A stretch of DNA of 64,000 bases, from contig JAUCBJ010007224.1 in assembly GCA_032718475.1 (NCBI GenBank), forward strand, positions 62,001 to 126,000, written 5' to 3'. The notes beneath the pieces are model-generated. The model saw only the letters and a program-made list of their open reading frames with translations, was not told the origin of the DNA and ran no database searches. This DNA is from Nemertoderma westbladi. Taxonomy: Eukaryota; Animalia; Xenacoelomorpha. A program made the translations under genes and the position numbers. Below are positions 60,400-64,000 of the stretch, piece by piece. Positions within the stretch are counted from its first letter, which is position 1, and every line of letters begins with the position of its first letter.

Positions 60400-61060
60400 A
60401 TAATAATGAAATTGTAGGACATACTAAACTAGCTAGCTCCAGAAACTACGTTTGCGTGGTATAAAACTCGTGAAAAGGAATACCTTCCATTATTTACTAA
60501 GGATGGCTCATTAGTTTATTGTACCAATGTCAGTGGACTTATAGGGTAATTTGGGGCCATTTGATCCTAATGACTGGCATGGTGTTTATTCATAGACTCC
60601 TCAAAAATACGCCTCAAAGCTGTACTCTTACATAATGGAAATATCTTTGCTTCTATCCCTTTGGCTCATTCAACTCACTTAAAAGAGACCTATGAAAGTA
60701 TGGAGGTCTTTACTAAAATCAAGTACGCTGATCATGAGTGGTATATTTGTCATCATTTACTAAAGTTACCATCATGTTACTAAAGTTTACTAATATGTTA
60801 TTGGGACAGAAATCAGGATTTACAAAGTTTCCCTGTTTTTTGTGTGAGTGGGATAGTAGGGATAGGGCAAGCCATTGGACAAAGAATATTTTGAAACAGC
60901 GAACTCTAACCCCTGGAGATAAAAATGTTATAAACCCCCGACTAATCCCCAATCCATCAAAGATACTGCCACCTCGACTTCATATCAAATTTGGACTAAT
61001 GAAACAATTTGTAAAGGCCCTCAATAAAGAAGGTGACTGTTTCCAGTACATACAAGATAA
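60400..61060 (+). pseudogene. DNA transposase remnant, Chapaev3/CMC-like
   Basis: FIDSSK..LKAVLLHNGN, LLGQKSGFTKFPCFLCEWDSR and LHIKFGLMKQFVKAL; frameshifted. Confidence 0.65.
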
Positions 61061-62523
61061 CACCCCCGGTTCCTTTGTTTTCTTAACAATATGTTTTTTA
61101 TGTTCTTCTTTCCCGGCAGCGTATTTTAATAAATACGATTTTTGGAATCGCGAATTAACTACTTGCACATTGCAAGCAGCTCTCATAATAACAAACAAAA
61201 GCGGTACCGTCGGTGTGAAAAACTCAGAGCCCAATGCTGGGTAAGTGTGTATTCCAGCAATAAACGGGTTCAACCAGGAGTCTGTCACATCGTCATTCCT
61301 GTATCCTGCCAATCCAAGATCTACTAATTTATTGAAAGTTTTTTCTGTATATAAGTTTTTGTGTTCTATAAAATCAAACTTCCCAGAATCTGGATATTTT
61401 TTGTATCTACAAATAAACCCGCTTTTTTGCAATCGTGAGTCTGAAAAAGTTGAAATTTATTTAAAAACTCCCCATAATCATTAAAATCCCCAATTGCGTA
61501 ATCTGTATTAAAATCTTCGTGGAACAGACTCTTGGATTGGCAGCAAACACGTTTCTGATGATCTAGAGTGGATTCACCCGGATGTAAGGATAGCCCCATA
61601 TGAACATGGGGTTTGTTACCTAGAGCACTTTGGCTTTGGAATTCATACCTCCACCATATCCTTTTAATTTTGCCCATTGGCTCTTGCGGACTGTATTGGA
61701 TCCAGTCTGCAACATGGCTCACAGTCCGATGCCAAGCCTGGGCGAGACGCACACCGTAACTTTCGAGTTTCTCTTGGAAAAACTCGGTGTGGCCGAACAC
61801 TTCTTTAATTCTATTATAAAGAGGGGCGACGCCTGGTGTTTCCGAATCATTACAAGTGAATCTAACAAAATAATCCCAGGGTGCCTCCCTCGTCAGGGCT
61901 GCGAGTTCCTTTAATTTTCTACGAGAATCTGCCTCGTCAAAATTTATCTTATTTTCTTGCAACTTAAACTCAGCAGTTCTCTTGGTTAGAAACTCAAGCC
62001 CTTTAGTACGAGCTATAAACTGCTGCGAGTTTAACTTCCGGTTAAGTAGAACATCAAAAATAAACCCTACATAAGGCAGACACCTAGAAGTATGCAAACT
62101 CCAATCCCTTAACCTAATACCTAAATGGTCCTCTAGGGTCGCCACCACCATTCTGTTTGTACCCCTGTTTGAAAAGAGCAGGGATGGCAGAGCGCCCAAA
62201 ACAGACCCATTTATCATTGCCCAAAAAATACGTGGAAAAAGAATGCCCTCAATTTGTAGCAATGACACAATAACATCAGGGTTTAATGAAATAATATGGC
62301 TTAGCAGTCTATTAACATTAGATTGAGCATAGGGTGCATGGACTCGGCGCAATGTTCCCAGCTGTTGGTTGAGGATAATATGGACTCTCGAGGAGATATT
62401 GACATCGTAGATGGGCACTTTCTGAGAATTGGATAAGAGAGTGGATGCATCGGATGGTACAGAACCACAGAACCAATGCTGGTGGCCTAACAGCCTAAGT
62501 ATTGGCCTACTATGTACTGGCAT
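61060..62523 (-). pseudogene. Helitron Rep (HUH) remnant
   Basis: Motif 1 YFVRFTCN, motif 2 RYEFQ..GNKPHVH and motif 3 YLLKYAAGKEE across ORFs 61366..62523 and 60980..61432. Confidence 0.85.
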
Positions 62524-62602
62524 TGATATAGCATAGAAGCAGCGACAGGTAGACAGACCTATGTTTACAAAGTACTTACGCTTACACCTAAAATCAAAGC
62601 AA

Positions 62603-63450
62603 TTAATTACGGGGGGGGGTCATATTGACCCTTCCTTCTAAAATCTACAAATATTAACGAAAACGTCTGAGTTGTTGTTTGTACGTAGGTATCACTAGTC
62701 TGGATCCGCCCGAAAAAAAATTTCGAAAAAATGTACTGGGGTGGTAATTTGCAGCACCAAAATTACAAGTAGTGCACAATTTTCACAAAATTTGAAAGTT
62801 ACATTTTTCGGCTAATTGTTTTTCAATACAGGTTTTCTGGGGCGCAAAATACATTGGAAAATATTTAAAAATGATATAATTACCTTAAATGGCTGTTTAG
62901 TCCCCTCTGTATAGGAAAAAAATGAAAAAACAATTAACCAGCACTTTTCAGTTAGAACACAAAATTTTTAATTCACTTATACGATGCAATAAATTCACAT
63001 TTTCAGGTTTTCTAGGGCGCTGATTCTAATGGAATACATTTCAAATATGCCAGATCATTGCTACTTGTATTTTTCGGCATAATTTGGCAAATTTTGATGC
63101 TAGCACCAAATTTTGTACCCATCACCAAAAAGTACAAGTTTGCGATCCCCAGTGATGTTTTTATTGATTCCATCGGATTCAGGACCCTCATAAACCCGCA
63201 TAACGCAAGAAACAAGATGATATTATCTACTGATCAATTTACTCATTTTCCAAAATTTGGTGCTGGCACAACAATTTTCACCCACTGGCGAAAAATACAA
63301 GTTTGAAAACTCTTATGAAATTTTTACTGATTCCATTGAATTCAGAACCCTAACAAACCGGTATAACGCAAGAAACAAGGTGACACAATCAATTGATATA
63401 TTTGATGGTTTTCAAAATTTGGTGCTAGCACCACCACCCCGTGCCAAAAT
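62603..63450. mobile_element. Non-autonomous DNA transposon fragment (G-run hairpin family)
   Basis: G9-TCATATTGACCCC start; inverted copy of 29825-30200; GGTGCTAGCACC palindromes. Confidence 0.7.
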
Positions 63451-64000
63451 AGGAAATCAATTTTGGAAAATCACCATGGACCATGTTTTGCATGGTTATC
63501 TATCAGGTCAATACAAACCCAAAAATAGTATTTTTAAAATATTATGTCGTTTGGTTTTTGAGATATTGGCATTTTTCATTTTTTGAAAAAATACCAGCAC
63601 TTTTCAAAATTATGTACCAGAAAAAATTAAATCACCATGACCAATTGTTATTTAAAAGTTAAATTCAGGTCAAGAGAAATCCAAAAATAGTATTTTTTAA
63701 ATATTCTGTCGTTTGGTTGTATGAATGTATGAATAGGGTTGTGTTTAGAGTATAGGTACCAGTATAAAATTTATTACAGGTACCGCACCGGTAATTATAT
63801 ATATTGCAAATCTATACGGTAAACTACCGACAGACCGGTACGTTCCCAGCAGAAATGTCACAATATAAAAGGATGTTTGCAGGTTTGGCCAATTAAATGT
63901 CAGAACGCGGTTTGACATTGACAGTTTGATTCAGCCGGTAAACATATAGGTTTGTGCCAAAAATTAAATTAAATTTGGCGGAAAAACAATAATAATGACT

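Overview
AT-rich, transposon-dense eukaryotic (probably invertebrate) DNA with no recognisable intact host gene. It holds a near-intact CsRN1-type Gypsy element (13631-17925) with a clear -1 frameshift signal and a second Gypsy element whose RT has an LADD motif (33725-38577). There is a decayed BEL/Pao element (23400-29140) and a young, internally deleted BEL/Pao element (43249-54570) with 1247-bp LTRs and an ATGTT TSD. An intact IS630/Tc1-mariner transposase carries an N-terminal RING-H2 finger (19302-20507). Helitron, Chapaev-like, Academ-like, CRE and LINE remnants, MITEs and several tandem arrays fill the rest. Three signals stand out: (1) a divergent pair of ~130-bp tRNA-like Pol III units with a minimal type I hammerhead ribozyme in place of the anticodon arm (17926-18338); (2) a BEL/Pao element with no tRNA PBS but an 11-nt PBS complementary to its own LTR, which suggests Tf1-like self-priming; (3) the RING-transposase fusion. 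All calls come from reading the sequence by eye; no searches were run.
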